DNA from: an uncultured Gammaproteobacteria bacterium | GTDB taxonomy: Bacteria; Patescibacteriota; Patescibacteriia; 2-01-FULL-39-33 | Length of the DNA stretch: 64,000 nucleotides | NCBI GenBank assembly: GCA_964558935.1 | Contig: CAZLFP010000001.1 | Span: 147,260 to 211,259 of the forward strand | Direction: 5' to 3' | Shown: one piece after another, positions 47,171 through 56,798 of the stretch | Layout: the number at the start of each line of letters is the position of its first letter | Numbering within the stretch: the first letter of the stretch is position 1 | Translations under genes and position numbers: made by a program | Notes under the pieces: model-generated | What the model was told of the DNA's origin: nothing | Databases searched by the model: none | Seen by the model: the letters and a program-made list of their open reading frames with translations, nothing else

Positions 47171-47199
47171 AACCGCAAGTAAGTATCTCTTGCGGTTTT
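47171..47199 (+). terminator. intrinsic terminator of the small-gene pair
   Basis: aaccgcaag-N9-cttgcggtt followed by TTCTTATT. Confidence 0.6.
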
Positions 47200-47200
47200 C

Positions 47201-49948
47201 TTATTGACCGCAACATTTCTTGTATTTCTTGCCAGAACCGCACGGACAGGGATTATTGCGTCCGACTTTTGATCTGGAAACAACTGACTTATTCTGCTGA
47301 CGATCCTGCAATCCCTGGTCAGCCTGCATGGGAGATTTCTGACCAGAAGTCTTAGCCGGAGCTGAAAAAATCATCTTCCCGGCTTGGGCCATTTGCATGG
47401 CCGCCGGAGCTACCAGTCCAATTTTAAAAATAGAGTAAGTAATCTGCTTGTCAATATTAACCAATAAATCTTTAAACAAACGCATGGCTTCCCTTTTGTA
47501 TTCCACCAATGGATCTCTCTGACCATAGCCACGTAAACCAATACCAGTTCTTAAATGCTGCATTGTCTCCAAATGTTCAATCCAAAGCGTATCCAAAGAA
47601 CGCAACATCATACCCTTGGCAATATGCGACATATTCTCTGATTGATCATGGCCGGGTTGAGCTGTTAACTGGTTAATATTCTTTTCCAATTCATTTAGTT
47701 GATCAATGGCTAACTTGTTCAAGTAACCAATAATTTTGGCTCTGGCCATGTTGTCTTGATTACTGTCGCCTGCTTGTACTTCAATTTCAGCTAGCTGCTT
47801 TCTGAGTTCTGTCGGCACTTGAAATATGGTACTGACAGCCTCATAGATTTCATTTAAATCCCATCTGGATTCATCTTCGGCTTGAGTATGAAACAGAACA
47901 ATACTCTCGATTTCCGCTAAAACCGACTGAACAACCATTTGTTTAATGTCTTGTCCCTCTAAAATCTGCTGCCTCTTCCGGTAAATGGTTTCCCTCTGTT
48001 TATTCATGACGTCATCATATTCAACCAAATGCTTGCGAATGTCAAAGTTATTACCTTCGACTTTTTTCTGAGCTTGCTCAATGGATCTGGAAATGATGGC
48101 ATTTTCAATCGGCATATCGTCTGGCACACCCAAAGTAGTCATCACCTTTTTCATTCTGTCCGAACCGAAAATGCGCATTAAATCATCATCCATGGAAATG
48201 TAGAACTGGGAGGAGCCAGGATCCCCCTGACGACCGGACCGTCCTCGCAATTGGTTATCGATACGTCGAGACTCATGTCTTTCAGTACCAATCACACATA
48301 AACCACCGGCTGCCACCACTTTAGCATACTCAACCTGGTCAAAAGGATGACCGCCCAAGATGATATCCACTCCTCTACCTGCCATGTTAGTGGCTACAGT
48401 GACTGCACCAGGCTTGCCTGCTTGGGCAATAATATGCGCTTCCTGGTCATGATGTTTGGCGTTTAAAATCTGGCAATCTACACCTTCACGGGATAATAGA
48501 TCGGCTAACATTTCATTTTTTTCAATGGAAATCGTACCAATTAACACCGGCTGTCCTTTGTCATGCCGCTCTTTAATTTCTCTAACTAAGGCCTGGTATT
48601 TACCAGCTTCATTCTTGTAAATACGGTCATTTAAATCCTGACGGATAACTGGCTTGTTAGTCGGAACCACGACGACCTCCAAATTATAGATTTTGGAAAA
48701 TTCTTCAGCTTCAGTGGCGGCTGTACCGGTCATACCGGCTAACTTGGCATACAAACGAAAATAATTTTGAAAAGAAATCGTAGCTAAAGTTCTGGATTCC
48801 CTTTGAACCTTAACATTCTCTTTAGCTTCAATCGCTTGATGCAAGCCTTCGGAATACCGACGACCAAACATCATGCGACCGGTAAATTCGTCAATAATTA
48901 CGATTTCACCGTCTTTGACCACATAATTCTTATCTTTTTTAAACAAAGTTTGAGCCTTAAGAGCCTGTTCAATATGATGAACATCATTAATACCCCGATC
49001 TGTATAGATATTATCTACACCTAAAGCTTTTTCCACTTTGGAAATACCACTGTCAGATAATGTGGCCGCTTTCATTTTTTCATCAATGTTGTAATCCTCA
49101 TTCTCCTTCAAAGTTCTGACGATCTGAGCAAATTGGTAATACTTGTCGGTAGATTCCATGTCCGGAGCCGAGATAATAAGCGGAGTGCGAGCTTCATCGA
49201 TTAAAATAGAATCCACCTCATCCACAATGGCAAAATGGAGCTGAGTTTGCACCTTGTCCGACAGCCGGTTGACCATGTTGTCTCTTAAATAATCAAAGCC
49301 AAATTCATTATTCGTGCCATACACCACGTCACAGGCATACGCTTCTGACCGAGAACAAGCTTCTAAGTATTGGACATCCAACTGCTCATCCCCCCCCTGC
49401 TCTGCCTTATTTGGATTGTATTTGTGGGAGGTTGTTTGTTGTCCAATACAGCTAACAGTTAAGCCTAAAAAATTAAAAACTCGACCCATCCAGTCAGCAT
49501 GTATGCGAGCCAAATAATCATTAACCGTGACCAAATGCGAGCTTTGACCGGTTAAAGCATTTAAATACAAAGGACAGGTGGCGGCTAAAGTCTTGCCTTC
49601 ACCGGTCTTCATTTCAGCAATCTTACCTTGATGCATAACAATACCGGCCAGCAATTGCACATCGTAGTGCCTTTGACCAATTGTCCGATAAGCCGCTTCT
49701 CTGACCGTCGCAAAAGCCTCCGGCAGAATATCTTCCAACGATTTACCTTGAGCCAAAAAATCTTTCAACTTTTGAGTTTGGTCAGCAAGCTGTTGGTCCG
49801 ATAACTGTTTAAGCGTTGGCTCCAACTGGTTAATATCTGCAACAATTGTGTTTAAATTATCTAAGACTTTCTGGTTGGGATCACCGAATATTTTAGTAAT
49901 AATTGACATATAACTCATAATGGATAATGCCCATATTTTAGCAAACAT
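47201..49948 (-). CDS. secA: preprotein translocase ATPase SecA (start probably the Met at about 49909)
   Basis: DEAD-like motor motifs, a preprotein cross-linking domain and the C-terminal zinc-binding CPCGSGKKYKKCCG tail. Confidence 0.95.
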   Translation of the reverse strand: MFAKIWALSIMSYMSIITKIFGDPNQKVLDNLNTIVADINQLEPTLKQLSDQQLADQTQKLKDFLAQGKSLEDILPEAFATVREAAYRTIGQRHYDVQLLAGIVMHQGKIAEMKTGEGKTLAATCPLYLNALTGQSSHLVTVNDYLARIHADWMGRVFNFLGLTVSCIGQQTTSHKYNPNKAEQGGDEQLDVQYLEACSRSEAYACDVVYGTNNEFGFDYLRDNMVNRLSDKVQTQLHFAIVDEVDSILIDEARTPLIISAPDMESTDKYYQFAQIVRTLKENEDYNIDEKMKAATLSDSGISKVEKALGVDNIYTDRGINDVHHIEQALKAQTLFKKDKNYVVKDGEIVIIDEFTGRMMFGRRYSEGLHQAIEAKENVKVQRESRTLATISFQNYFRLYAKLAGMTGTAATEAEEFSKIYNLEVVVVPTNKPVIRQDLNDRIYKNEAGKYQALVREIKERHDKGQPVLIGTISIEKNEMLADLLSREGVDCQILNAKHHDQEAHIIAQAGKPGAVTVATNMAGRGVDIILGGHPFDQVEYAKVVAAGGLCVIGTERHESRRIDNQLRGRSGRQGDPGSSQFYISMDDDLMRIFGSDRMKKVMTTLGVPDDMPIENAIISRSIEQAQKKVEGNNFDIRKHLVEYDDVMNKQRETIYRKRQQILEGQDIKQMVVQSVLAEIESIVLFHTQAEDESRWDLNEIYEAVSTIFQVPTELRKQLAEIEVQAGDSNQDNMARAKIIGYLNKLAIDQLNELEKNINQLTAQPGHDQSENMSHIAKGMMLRSLDTLWIEHLETMQHLRTGIGLRGYGQRDPLVEYKREAMRLFKDLLVNIDKQITYSIFKIGLVAPAAMQMAQAGKMIFSAPAKTSGQKSPMQADQGLQDRQQNKSVVSRSKVGRNNPCPCGSGKKYKKCCGQ

Positions 49949-49970
49949 TCATGATTTTAGCAATAAAAAG

Positions 49971-49990
49971 GAGTCTCCCTAGGGAGACTC
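49971..49990 (-). terminator. palindromic hairpin spanning the stop codon, followed by a T-rich tract on the minus strand
   Basis: gagtctccc-ta-gggagactc; minus-strand downstream sequence CTTTTTATTGCTAAAAT. Confidence 0.5.
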
Positions 49991-50302
49991 AACAGGATGT
50001 GCTTTGAACTGGCAAGGATTAAACTTACCAGACTTACCTTTTAAATACAGAGCTCGAGGCTCAACTTGGACTACCGTAAAGACCTGGCCGGTCTCAATAT
50101 TCTCTACCTGCATACCGGGACAAAAACCATTCTCGGTATGAGCTTGAGTCATTCGCTTCTGTGCATTCCGACAGGCCTGACGTGTCCGAATCTGATGAGC
50201 TTTATCAGATTCCTGACGCAAAGTCGTTTCAATCGTTTCCAAACTGGCCAGCCGCTTGCCTCCACTCATCTGACTGCGAGTATATCTTCCGCTACGAGCC
50301 AC
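49979..50302 (-). CDS. GC-rich hypothetical protein (about 107 aa; GTG start after SD AAGGAGG)
   Basis: SD AAGGAGG lies 7 nt upstream of the GTG; no motif recognised; the ORF track extends to 50329 with another GTG. Confidence 0.4.
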   Translation of the reverse strand: MARSGRYTRSQMSGGKRLASLETIETTLRQESDKAHQIRTRQACRNAQKRMTQAHTENGFCPGMQVENIETGQVFTVVQVEPRALYLKGKSGKFNPCQFKAHPVESP

Positions 50303-50375
50303 AACACTTCCTCCTTGGTTGAAACACACAACACTGCTGGTAAATATAGCAAACTATTGTTAAATTGACAAGAGT

Positions 50376-50678
50376 CTAATCCTGATGTGTTTCCTTGTAT
50401 TTAACCAATTCCCTTTTTAACGTATCTGCTACGATGTTCATCGATTTGGTAATATCGTCAGTTTCTGCTTCAGCTCTTAGAATTTTCTTGGGCACAGACA
50501 AATTAACTTCTGCCCGGTAAATATCTCCGGATTGATGATGCTTGGTGGTTAAACCGACTTCAACGTCGGCCTCAATGATATTCGGATAGTACTTCAGTAA
50601 ATTGGTCATCTTATCCCGAATAATCGTATGAGCTTCCGGGGTCAACTTGGCCAAAGTGGCTTTAATATTGACTTGCAT
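50376..50678 (-). CDS. hpf: ribosome hibernation promoting factor / RaiA family
   Basis: MQVNIKATL...IEADVEVGL...YRAEVNLSVPKK...KSMNIVADTLKRELVKYK matches the HPF/YfiA fold. Confidence 0.75.
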   Translation of the reverse strand: MQVNIKATLAKLTPEAHTIIRDKMTNLLKYYPNIIEADVEVGLTTKHHQSGDIYRAEVNLSVPKKILRAEAETDDITKSMNIVADTLKRELVKYKETHQD

Positions 50679-50695
50679 GTGGTATATATTATGAT

Positions 50696-51679
50696 TTAAA
50701 AACCAAAGTACTCTATCTCTTCCCAAAGTTGCAAATTAAACTTGGATCTGACTTTTTGCTTAATAATGCTAATTAGCATAATAACGTCCTGAGCAGTGGC
50801 TTGACCCAGGTTAATAATCATGCCGGCATGTTGAGGAGAGACTTGAGCTCCTCCCACTTGCTTACCTTTTAAACCAGACTCCTCAATTAACCAAGCAGCG
50901 GGTATTTTCCGGTACTTAACATACTCAACTGGCAGTTTAATGCCCTTATCTGCCAAATCTTGCTCAATCTCGGTTGTGAGTATAATATTCTGGAAAGTGC
51001 TGCCAGCCGATGGATGTTTCATAAACTTCTGAGATCTAATTTTTACCAGGTCCAACATTTCACGCCGAATTTCAGCTTCCTGCCCAGGCTCTAATTTCAG
51101 CTTAACTGCTAAAATAATCTCCTGGTTGTCCGGTTGTTTAAATCGGCTCGTTCGGTAACCAAACTGACAATAATCCTTATCCACGGTTTTAATCTGACCA
51201 TTAGACAGCAAACTAACTTCCAGAATATTATCTGCCATTTCCTGACGGTAGGCTCCGGCATTATTATGCACAGCTCCTCCCAGTGTGCCCGGAATACCCA
51301 TAGCCCAGGCCAAGCCAGACAAGGAATGTTTGGCGGCGAGTAAAACGGCTTGCGACAAAGCAGCACCGGCTTCGGCGGTTAAGATGTTATTTTTGACTTC
51401 CAATTGCTGGTTATCTAGTTTAATAACCAAACCGGGATAACCTTGGTCACTGATTAGAAGATTACTGCCTCCGCCTAAGACAAAGTATGGCAATTGCTTG
51501 TCTTTGGCCAGTTGGATTAAAGCTGACAGGTTTTCTTGAGTAACTGCACAAAAATACTGAGCCGGTCCCCCGATTTTAAAAGTTGTGTATTTAGCCAAAG
51601 GTTCGTTAACTTTAACCCTTGCCAGTTTTTTTAATTGATCCAACATGTAGTTTTGGTTTAGTCTTTTTGTGTTGCGCAT
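50696..51679 (-). CDS. murB: UDP-N-acetylenolpyruvoylglucosamine reductase (MurB)
   Basis: FAD-binding TTFKIGGPAQYF, GGGSNLL and C-terminal substrate domain motifs. Confidence 0.9.
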   Translation of the reverse strand: MRNTKRLNQNYMLDQLKKLARVKVNEPLAKYTTFKIGGPAQYFCAVTQENLSALIQLAKDKQLPYFVLGGGSNLLISDQGYPGLVIKLDNQQLEVKNNILTAEAGAALSQAVLLAAKHSLSGLAWAMGIPGTLGGAVHNNAGAYRQEMADNILEVSLLSNGQIKTVDKDYCQFGYRTSRFKQPDNQEIILAVKLKLEPGQEAEIRREMLDLVKIRSQKFMKHPSAGSTFQNIILTTEIEQDLADKGIKLPVEYVKYRKIPAAWLIEESGLKGKQVGGAQVSPQHAGMIINLGQATAQDVIMLISIIKQKVRSKFNLQLWEEIEYFGF

Positions 51680-51800
51680 AATATTTAACCTGCTCTATTC
51701 GTTTCTTTTGAGCTGCAAAACCTGGAGTGGATTTTTCACTCTTTTTGACTGACTGATCGATTTTGCGCTCGATTTCTTCAACTTGTTTTTGTATTGACAT
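51612..51800 (-). CDS. small Lys-rich ORF overlapping the murB 5-prime end (62 aa), doubtful
   Basis: ORF only; weak RBS; overlaps the murB start region. Confidence 0.25.
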   Translation of the reverse strand: MSIQKQVEEIERKIDQSVKKSEKSTPGFAAQKKRIEQVKYYAQHKKTKPKLHVGSIKKTGKG

Positions 51801-51854
51801 AATACAGATATATTGTTATTCTATGGTTGCAACTTAAACCTAGGAGGAAACGTC

Positions 51855-52049
51855 ATGTTGCAAACTGTCTCGAAACTGTATCAGGAAATAACCCATGGCT
51901 ACCACAGCATCATCCAAGAGGAGCTGGACTACATCAGACGTCTTAGACTATATCTGCTCCATGCCTCACTTGTCTGCCTGTTCTGGTACATAGTTTTTGG
52001 TGGACCCACTTACCTTATCTACTACTGCCTGAAACACGGCTTGATCTAG
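51855..52049 (+). CDS. small membrane protein (64 aa)
   Basis: SD TAGGAGGA lies 6 nt upstream of the ATG; one or two hydrophobic helices (LHASLVCLFWYIVFGGPTYLIYYCL). Confidence 0.45.
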   Translation: MLQTVSKLYQEITHGYHSIIQEELDYIRRLRLYLLHASLVCLFWYIVFGGPTYLIYYCLKHGLI

Positions 52050-52059
52050 GGGGTATGAC

Positions 52060-52452
52060 ATGATTACCGACGGAACTGAAGTACTGGGCATGAAAAAGGG
52101 TGACGTTTGGATGGCCTTTTTAACCGTTCTGGCCTTTCTGGTCATCATTGGCTTCTGCATCGCCTTTGCCTTTGAAAAAGACAATAATCTGTACCATATT
52201 CAGGAGATCGGCTGGCGACAGATTGCCTCTGACAAGCCTGAGGACATCACTGACATTGGTCTTTTGAAAATTATGGTACAGCTTGATCCAAAGCAACCTC
52301 ACAAACTCACTCCCGTCTATTACGGCAAGTATCTGCCCAAAAACGCCAAACTCTGGCAGGAAAACAACCTGGTCTACGTGGTCAGCTACAAATTCAAGCA
52401 TAACGATCGACCGGTTATGCACTTTGTCAAAATGACGTCTTTGACAGACTAA
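52060..52452 (+). CDS. membrane-anchored protein (130 aa), unknown
   Basis: N-terminal TM (WMAFLTVLAFLVIIGFCIAFAF) followed by a soluble domain; forms a mini-operon with the preceding small gene. Confidence 0.5.
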   Translation: MITDGTEVLGMKKGDVWMAFLTVLAFLVIIGFCIAFAFEKDNNLYHIQEIGWRQIASDKPEDITDIGLLKIMVQLDPKQPHKLTPVYYGKYLPKNAKLWQENNLVYVVSYKFKHNDRPVMHFVKMTSLTD

Positions 52453-52465
52453 ACTCTTCCAAGAG

Positions 52466-53845
52466 TCACTCGCGATGTGGCTCTTTTTTATTGACTAACT
52501 CTTTGGCCAGAGTGTAAATATTCCCGGCTCCCAAAAGAACAACCGCATCATAGCTCGAAACCAATTCCGGAAGAGCTGCTTTGGTCTGTTCTAAATCGCC
52601 CACATACTTCAACTGTGCGGCTTGAGCCAGCTTTTTTGCACTGACAGCATAATCTTCAGGCTTTTCTCGGCCGGCAACATAGAAAACATCTGTCAGCATC
52701 ACATGTTTTAAACCTTGTAACTCGGCTACAAACTGATTGAATAATTGTTTTGTCCGGTTGAGTTGGTGAGGTTGGAAAATGAACAAAATCTTTTTTTGAG
52801 GATAAAAGTCGGTCATAGCCTGAACAGTCTGTCTGACTGCCGCCGGTGTGTGAGCATAATCCGTTAATATCTCTTTACCTTGATATAATCCCAATCTTTC
52901 CAGCCTCCGCCATACTCCGTCAAAGTCAGACAGAGCAGTTTGAATAGTTTTAAAATCAATCTTTAAAGTCAAAGCGACAGCGGCGGCTGCCAAGGAATTA
53001 TATATATTATATCTGGCCGGCACTTTCAAATTAACCCGGCCTAAAGACTGGCCCAGATAATGCAGATCATAGCTTTGCTGCTGCTGATCCAATCTGACAT
53101 TTACAGCCTGCACGTCGGCAGGATGCTCAAGGCCGTAAGTTACCAGCTGAGCTTGTAAATCTTTCACTACTTCGCAACTGTTAGCATCATCTGCATTAAC
53201 CACTACATAGCCAGTTGGAGGGACTTGTGACAAATACTGTCGGAATGTCTGTTTGATATCAGCCAGATCAGTATAACAATCCAAATGGTCCTCTCGAATG
53301 TTAGTTATAACCGCCACTTGAGGCGAATAATTTAAAAAAGCACGCTGGTATTCATCACTTTCAAAAATAAAATAATCGCTCTGACCCACTCTGGCATTGC
53401 TCTGCAAGTATTTGACTTTGGCACCAATTAAAATATTGGGGTCTTGCTCAGCTTTTATAAAAATCAAACCGGTCATGGCAGTGGTGGTGGTTTTACCATC
53501 TGTTCCGGAAATGCCAATGCCATATTTAGCTTGAGTCAACAAACCAAGCAACTGAGGATATGTTATGGTGGGAATGCCCAACTGCCTAGCTTGTTGCCTT
53601 TCAGGATTAGATTCCGGTACAGCTACGGAATACACCATCAAATCTATACCAGCCACAATATTATCTTTCATTTGAGGTATTTTAACTTCAATACCCTCGT
53701 GTTCTAAGTCCTGAGTTATTTCCGACTCTGTCATATCACTGCCTAAAACCGTCTTACCCATCTGTCTTAAAATTCGAGCCGCAGCAGATATACCAATACC
53801 TCCAATGCCACAAAAATAAATTGTGCGTATTTTATGTAAATCCAT
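52466..53845 (-). CDS. murC: UDP-N-acetylmuramate--L-alanine ligase (MurC)
   Basis: Rossmann N-terminus IYFCGIGGIGISAAA and Mur ligase P-loop GISGTDGKTTTT. Confidence 0.9.
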   Translation of the reverse strand: MDLHKIRTIYFCGIGGIGISAAARILRQMGKTVLGSDMTESEITQDLEHEGIEVKIPQMKDNIVAGIDLMVYSVAVPESNPERQQARQLGIPTITYPQLLGLLTQAKYGIGISGTDGKTTTTAMTGLIFIKAEQDPNILIGAKVKYLQSNARVGQSDYFIFESDEYQRAFLNYSPQVAVITNIREDHLDCYTDLADIKQTFRQYLSQVPPTGYVVVNADDANSCEVVKDLQAQLVTYGLEHPADVQAVNVRLDQQQQSYDLHYLGQSLGRVNLKVPARYNIYNSLAAAAVALTLKIDFKTIQTALSDFDGVWRRLERLGLYQGKEILTDYAHTPAAVRQTVQAMTDFYPQKKILFIFQPHQLNRTKQLFNQFVAELQGLKHVMLTDVFYVAGREKPEDYAVSAKKLAQAAQLKYVGDLEQTKAALPELVSSYDAVVLLGAGNIYTLAKELVNKKEPHRE

Positions 53846-54907
53846 TTATTTTCTAATTAAACTCATAGCTTCTTGTGCCACTAACTCCGCTCCATTATTC
53901 TGCATTACCTTACCGATATTCCTAGCCAGATCTTCTTTTTGGGCTTGACTATACATTAATTCCTTAACCGAACTGGTAAATATCTGGTGAGTCAAGCTGG
54001 TCTGCGCTAACACCTCAACAGCATTGTTTTTTTGGTAATACTGAGCATTTTCTTCCTGCTGGTTGTCTGGAATGGGAATCAGAATGGTTGGCTTGGTCAG
54101 GACAGATAATTCAGATAATGTTCCAAGACCGGCTCGAGACACCACTACATCCGCCGCACACATCGCTTCAGTTAAACCGTGATGAATGAATTCATGTTGC
54201 TGGTAATGCTCTGCTTTGACATCTATTCGTTTACCCTTACCTGTAATATGGATAACTTGACAGAATTGAAGTAGTTCCGCCAAAGATTGTTGCACAACCT
54301 GGTTAATCTTGGCTGAACCAGTGCCTCCGCCCATGACCAACAGGACCGGTAAATTAGGTTTTAAGTTAAACAGCTGGCGACCCCGATTAGCATCACAAAC
54401 ATAAAATTCAGATCTCACCGGATTGCCGGTTAGAACCACCTTGCTGGCTGGAAACATTTTTAAAGATGGCTCAAAAGAAACGGTTATTTTTTTTGCTAAA
54501 CCGGCCACCAATCTGTTGGCCAGTCCCGTCTTAATATCCTGCTGGTGGACTAAAATGGGAATTTTAAGCAACCAGGCAGCATACGCAACCGGTACACCCA
54601 CATAACCTCCGGCTAAGATTACCACCTGCGGCTTAAACTTAAACAAGATTCTTAAAGATTGAAAGAAACCGATTTTAATCCGAAAAGGATCCACAAAATT
54701 CTGGATCGACCAATACCTTCTCAGCTTGCCGGAACAAATGGCTTGAAATGGAATTTTGTAACTTTCAACCGCTGCCTTTTCCGGTCCGGTTTTAGTTCCC
54801 ACAAACAAACATTCGGCCTCAGGCTGATGTTCTTTAATTTTTTCCCAAACTGCGATTAAGGGCGTTACCGGTCCCATGGTACCGCCACCGGCCAAAAGTA
54901 TTTTCAT
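53846..54907 (-). CDS. murG: undecaprenyldiphospho-muramoylpentapeptide beta-N-acetylglucosaminyltransferase (MurG)
   Basis: MKILLAGGGTMGPVTP G-loop and a GT28 C-terminal domain. Confidence 0.9.
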   Translation of the reverse strand: MKILLAGGGTMGPVTPLIAVWEKIKEHQPEAECLFVGTKTGPEKAAVESYKIPFQAICSGKLRRYWSIQNFVDPFRIKIGFFQSLRILFKFKPQVVILAGGYVGVPVAYAAWLLKIPILVHQQDIKTGLANRLVAGLAKKITVSFEPSLKMFPASKVVLTGNPVRSEFYVCDANRGRQLFNLKPNLPVLLVMGGGTGSAKINQVVQQSLAELLQFCQVIHITGKGKRIDVKAEHYQQHEFIHHGLTEAMCAADVVVSRAGLGTLSELSVLTKPTILIPIPDNQQEENAQYYQKNNAVEVLAQTSLTHQIFTSSVKELMYSQAQKEDLARNIGKVMQNNGAELVAQEAMSLIRK

Positions 54908-54917
54908 AGTTAAATAA

Positions 54918-56081
54918 TTAATCTCTAGCTTGTTTAGATATATTAACTAAAATTCCGGAAGCTGCCAAGCACATCATGAGTGAAGTACCGCCGTAGGAAA
55001 TAAATGGCAAAGGCACGCCGGTTAAAGGCAGAATACCGATAATCGCTCCGATGTTTAAAAAAGCTTGAACCACAAACCAAGTGACAATGCCAATCGCTAG
55101 TAATCTGCCGAACGGATCACTGATATGATTGGCCATTTTAAAAACTCGCAGAGCCAGCATGACAAAAGCAATTACTACAGCCACACACATAAAAAAACCC
55201 AGTTCCTCACCCACCACAGCAAAAATGGAATCTCCGGCCACTTCCGGCAAATAGGCAAACTTCTGACGACTGTGCCCATATCCCCTGCCTAAAATACCTC
55301 CGGAACCTACCGCCAACAAAGCCTGGTTAATGTGGTAACCAATACCCTGAGGATCCAACTCCGGATGCAAGAAAGTTGTTAAACGAGCCGCCCGATACGG
55401 GGAGGTTTTAATCAGTAACCATAAACCACCCAAACCCGCAATCGACAACCAAGTCAAATGAAGCAAAGAACCGCCAGCCACAAAAAAAACAATCAACGAA
55501 GTAATGACAATAATACTCATGGTACCAAAGTCTGGCTGTAGAATTATTAAAACCATAATTATTAGAAGTACAAAAACAAAAGGTAAAAAACCGGCTTTCA
55601 AATCCTTTAATTTTTTTTCGCCTCTGGCAGACAGCCAAGCTACTAAGTAAATTAAGAAAGTGATCTTAACAATCTCTGAAGGCTGGAGAGAAAAACCAAA
55701 AAAGTTAATCCACGAATGAGCTGTTCCATACTCTGCTCCAATACCGGGTATGAAAACTAAAACGAGTAAAACAATGGTAGCAATTAAAAAAGGAGCAGCC
55801 AATTCCTTGAGTCGGTAATAGTCTAATCTAGAAAACAAGACAAAAAGAACAAAGCCCGGAATTAAACCAAAGATAATCTGATGCTTAACATGAAAATAAC
55901 TGTCTCCAAAGTTCTTAAAACCAGAAGCCACACCGGCTGAAGACAGCATAATTAAGCCAAATAAGACTAAAAAACCGATCAGACCAATTAGGTACCAATC
56001 CGGCTGTTTATCCTTTTGTCCGCGAATAATATCTCGGAAAAATTCCTTGATTTGAAACTTATCCAGTATTTTCTTTACCAC
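54918..56081 (-). CDS. ftsW: SEDS-family peptidoglycan glycosyltransferase FtsW/RodA
   Basis: 10 TM helices and SEDS signature regions; located between murD/murG. Confidence 0.9.
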   Translation of the reverse strand: MVKKILDKFQIKEFFRDIIRGQKDKQPDWYLIGLIGFLVLFGLIMLSSAGVASGFKNFGDSYFHVKHQIIFGLIPGFVLFVLFSRLDYYRLKELAAPFLIATIVLLVLVFIPGIGAEYGTAHSWINFFGFSLQPSEIVKITFLIYLVAWLSARGEKKLKDLKAGFLPFVFVLLIIMVLIILQPDFGTMSIIVITSLIVFFVAGGSLLHLTWLSIAGLGGLWLLIKTSPYRAARLTTFLHPELDPQGIGYHINQALLAVGSGGILGRGYGHSRQKFAYLPEVAGDSIFAVVGEELGFFMCVAVVIAFVMLALRVFKMANHISDPFGRLLAIGIVTWFVVQAFLNIGAIIGILPLTGVPLPFISYGGTSLMMCLAASGILVNISKQARD

Positions 56082-56141
56082 AAAATTTAGCTTATTTTAG
56101 CTATTATTATATATAATACCATATTTATTAAACTTTGGCTA

Positions 56142-56170
56142 TTGACAAATATTCAATAGTATGCTATACT
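56142..56170 (+). promoter_or_regulatory. sigma70 promoter (TTGACA-17-TATACT) driving the GC-rich ncRNA
   Basis: Read directly; predicted TSS about 56177. Confidence 0.6.
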
Positions 56171-56177
56171 TGCAATT

Positions 56178-56773
56178 ATGTTCATCGGTAAAGGAGACCG
56201 GTGGCAAAACCAGGTGAAGTCTGGTTCCTTAATAACCAAAGGACGCCGGACACAATGCCCAATGGGCAAGGAGTATTACTCCATGGCGCATGAACGAGCA
56301 GGTCCGATGACAGCACGGATTAATACCAGCTCGACCACCGTGGGCGACGGCTCCGTCTAGCACGGGGCCTGGATCACAAAGAAATCGAAAGGGACAGGAC
56401 CATGGTTAAGCTCCAAATCTGGGGGCATCGGACTACAAGATTGGCGCATCAAGACATGTAAGATGCATTGACGGATGTTAGCCAATTGAGGGAAACCGGT
56501 GTCCCTGATTCCACCCACCGAAAAAATATGTTCTCTAGGAGGTTTGGCTGGGGGGTCATGACAATCCGCGAAGCTTGAGCCTGTGAGGCAACGCTCGATC
56601 GCGACGAGCAAATGACGCCTGAAAAGCAGAGCCAGGCAGCGGGACAAAACGGCACGCCGACGACCGGCAAACGATTACAGCCGGGGGCGATACAGCCGCT
56701 TCCCTCGCCATTCCTCTAAAATGGGGCATCTTCTAAGCGACGAAACGCCAGAAGCTCTGCCCCTTTCTTTTTT
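56178..56773 (+). ncRNA. rnpB: structured GC-rich RNA, most likely RNase P RNA (rnpB, type A-like, with insertions); the 3-prime end includes an intrinsic terminator at 56723-56773
   Basis: No credible ORF; GC far above flanking DNA; own promoter and double terminator. Segments resemble M1 RNA in the same order: GAAAGGACGCCGGAC...AAUGGGCAAGG (P4 5-prime/J4-5), GGAUCA...GAAAGGG (J11/12-P12), GGUUAAGCUCCA (compare GGUAAACUCCA), GCUUGAGCCUGUGAGG (compare P15 GCUUGAGCCAGUGAGCG) and GACGACCGGCAAACG (compare ACAGAACCCGGCUUAUCG, the P4 3-prime strand). Confidence 0.5.
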
Positions 56774-56798
56774 ACCGAATTAATCTCGGTATTTTTTT
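56774..56798 (+). terminator. second intrinsic terminator after the ncRNA
   Basis: accga-attaatc-tcggt followed by ATTTTTTTAT. Confidence 0.6.

Noticed and set aside
51612-51800. Lys-rich 62-aa ORF as a possible ribosomal protein
   Set aside because: No match to any ribosomal protein pattern I know. It has a weak RBS and overlaps the murB start. Kept only as a low-confidence feature.
56178-56670. Track ORFs 56178-56360 (+), 56357-56647 (-) and 56449-56670 (-) inside the GC-rich element
   Set aside because: Their products are low-complexity and Arg/Pro/Cys-rich without an SD. High GC inflates ORF length. The region behaves like a structured RNA.
56178-56773. Considered tmRNA (ssrA) for the GC-rich RNA. 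Reasons were a GGGG...CCCC pairing at the 3-prime end, a UUCUGG segment and an in-frame GCA AAC GAU UAC (A-N-D-Y) stretch.
   Set aside because: The GGGG/CCCC pairing is simply the two arms of the intrinsic terminator hairpin. There is no 5-prime GGGG...UUCGAC acceptor/T-arm at the predicted TSS and no 3-prime CCACCA context. The ANDY frame runs on for more than 35 codons without an ALAA-type end. The RNase P motif order fits better.
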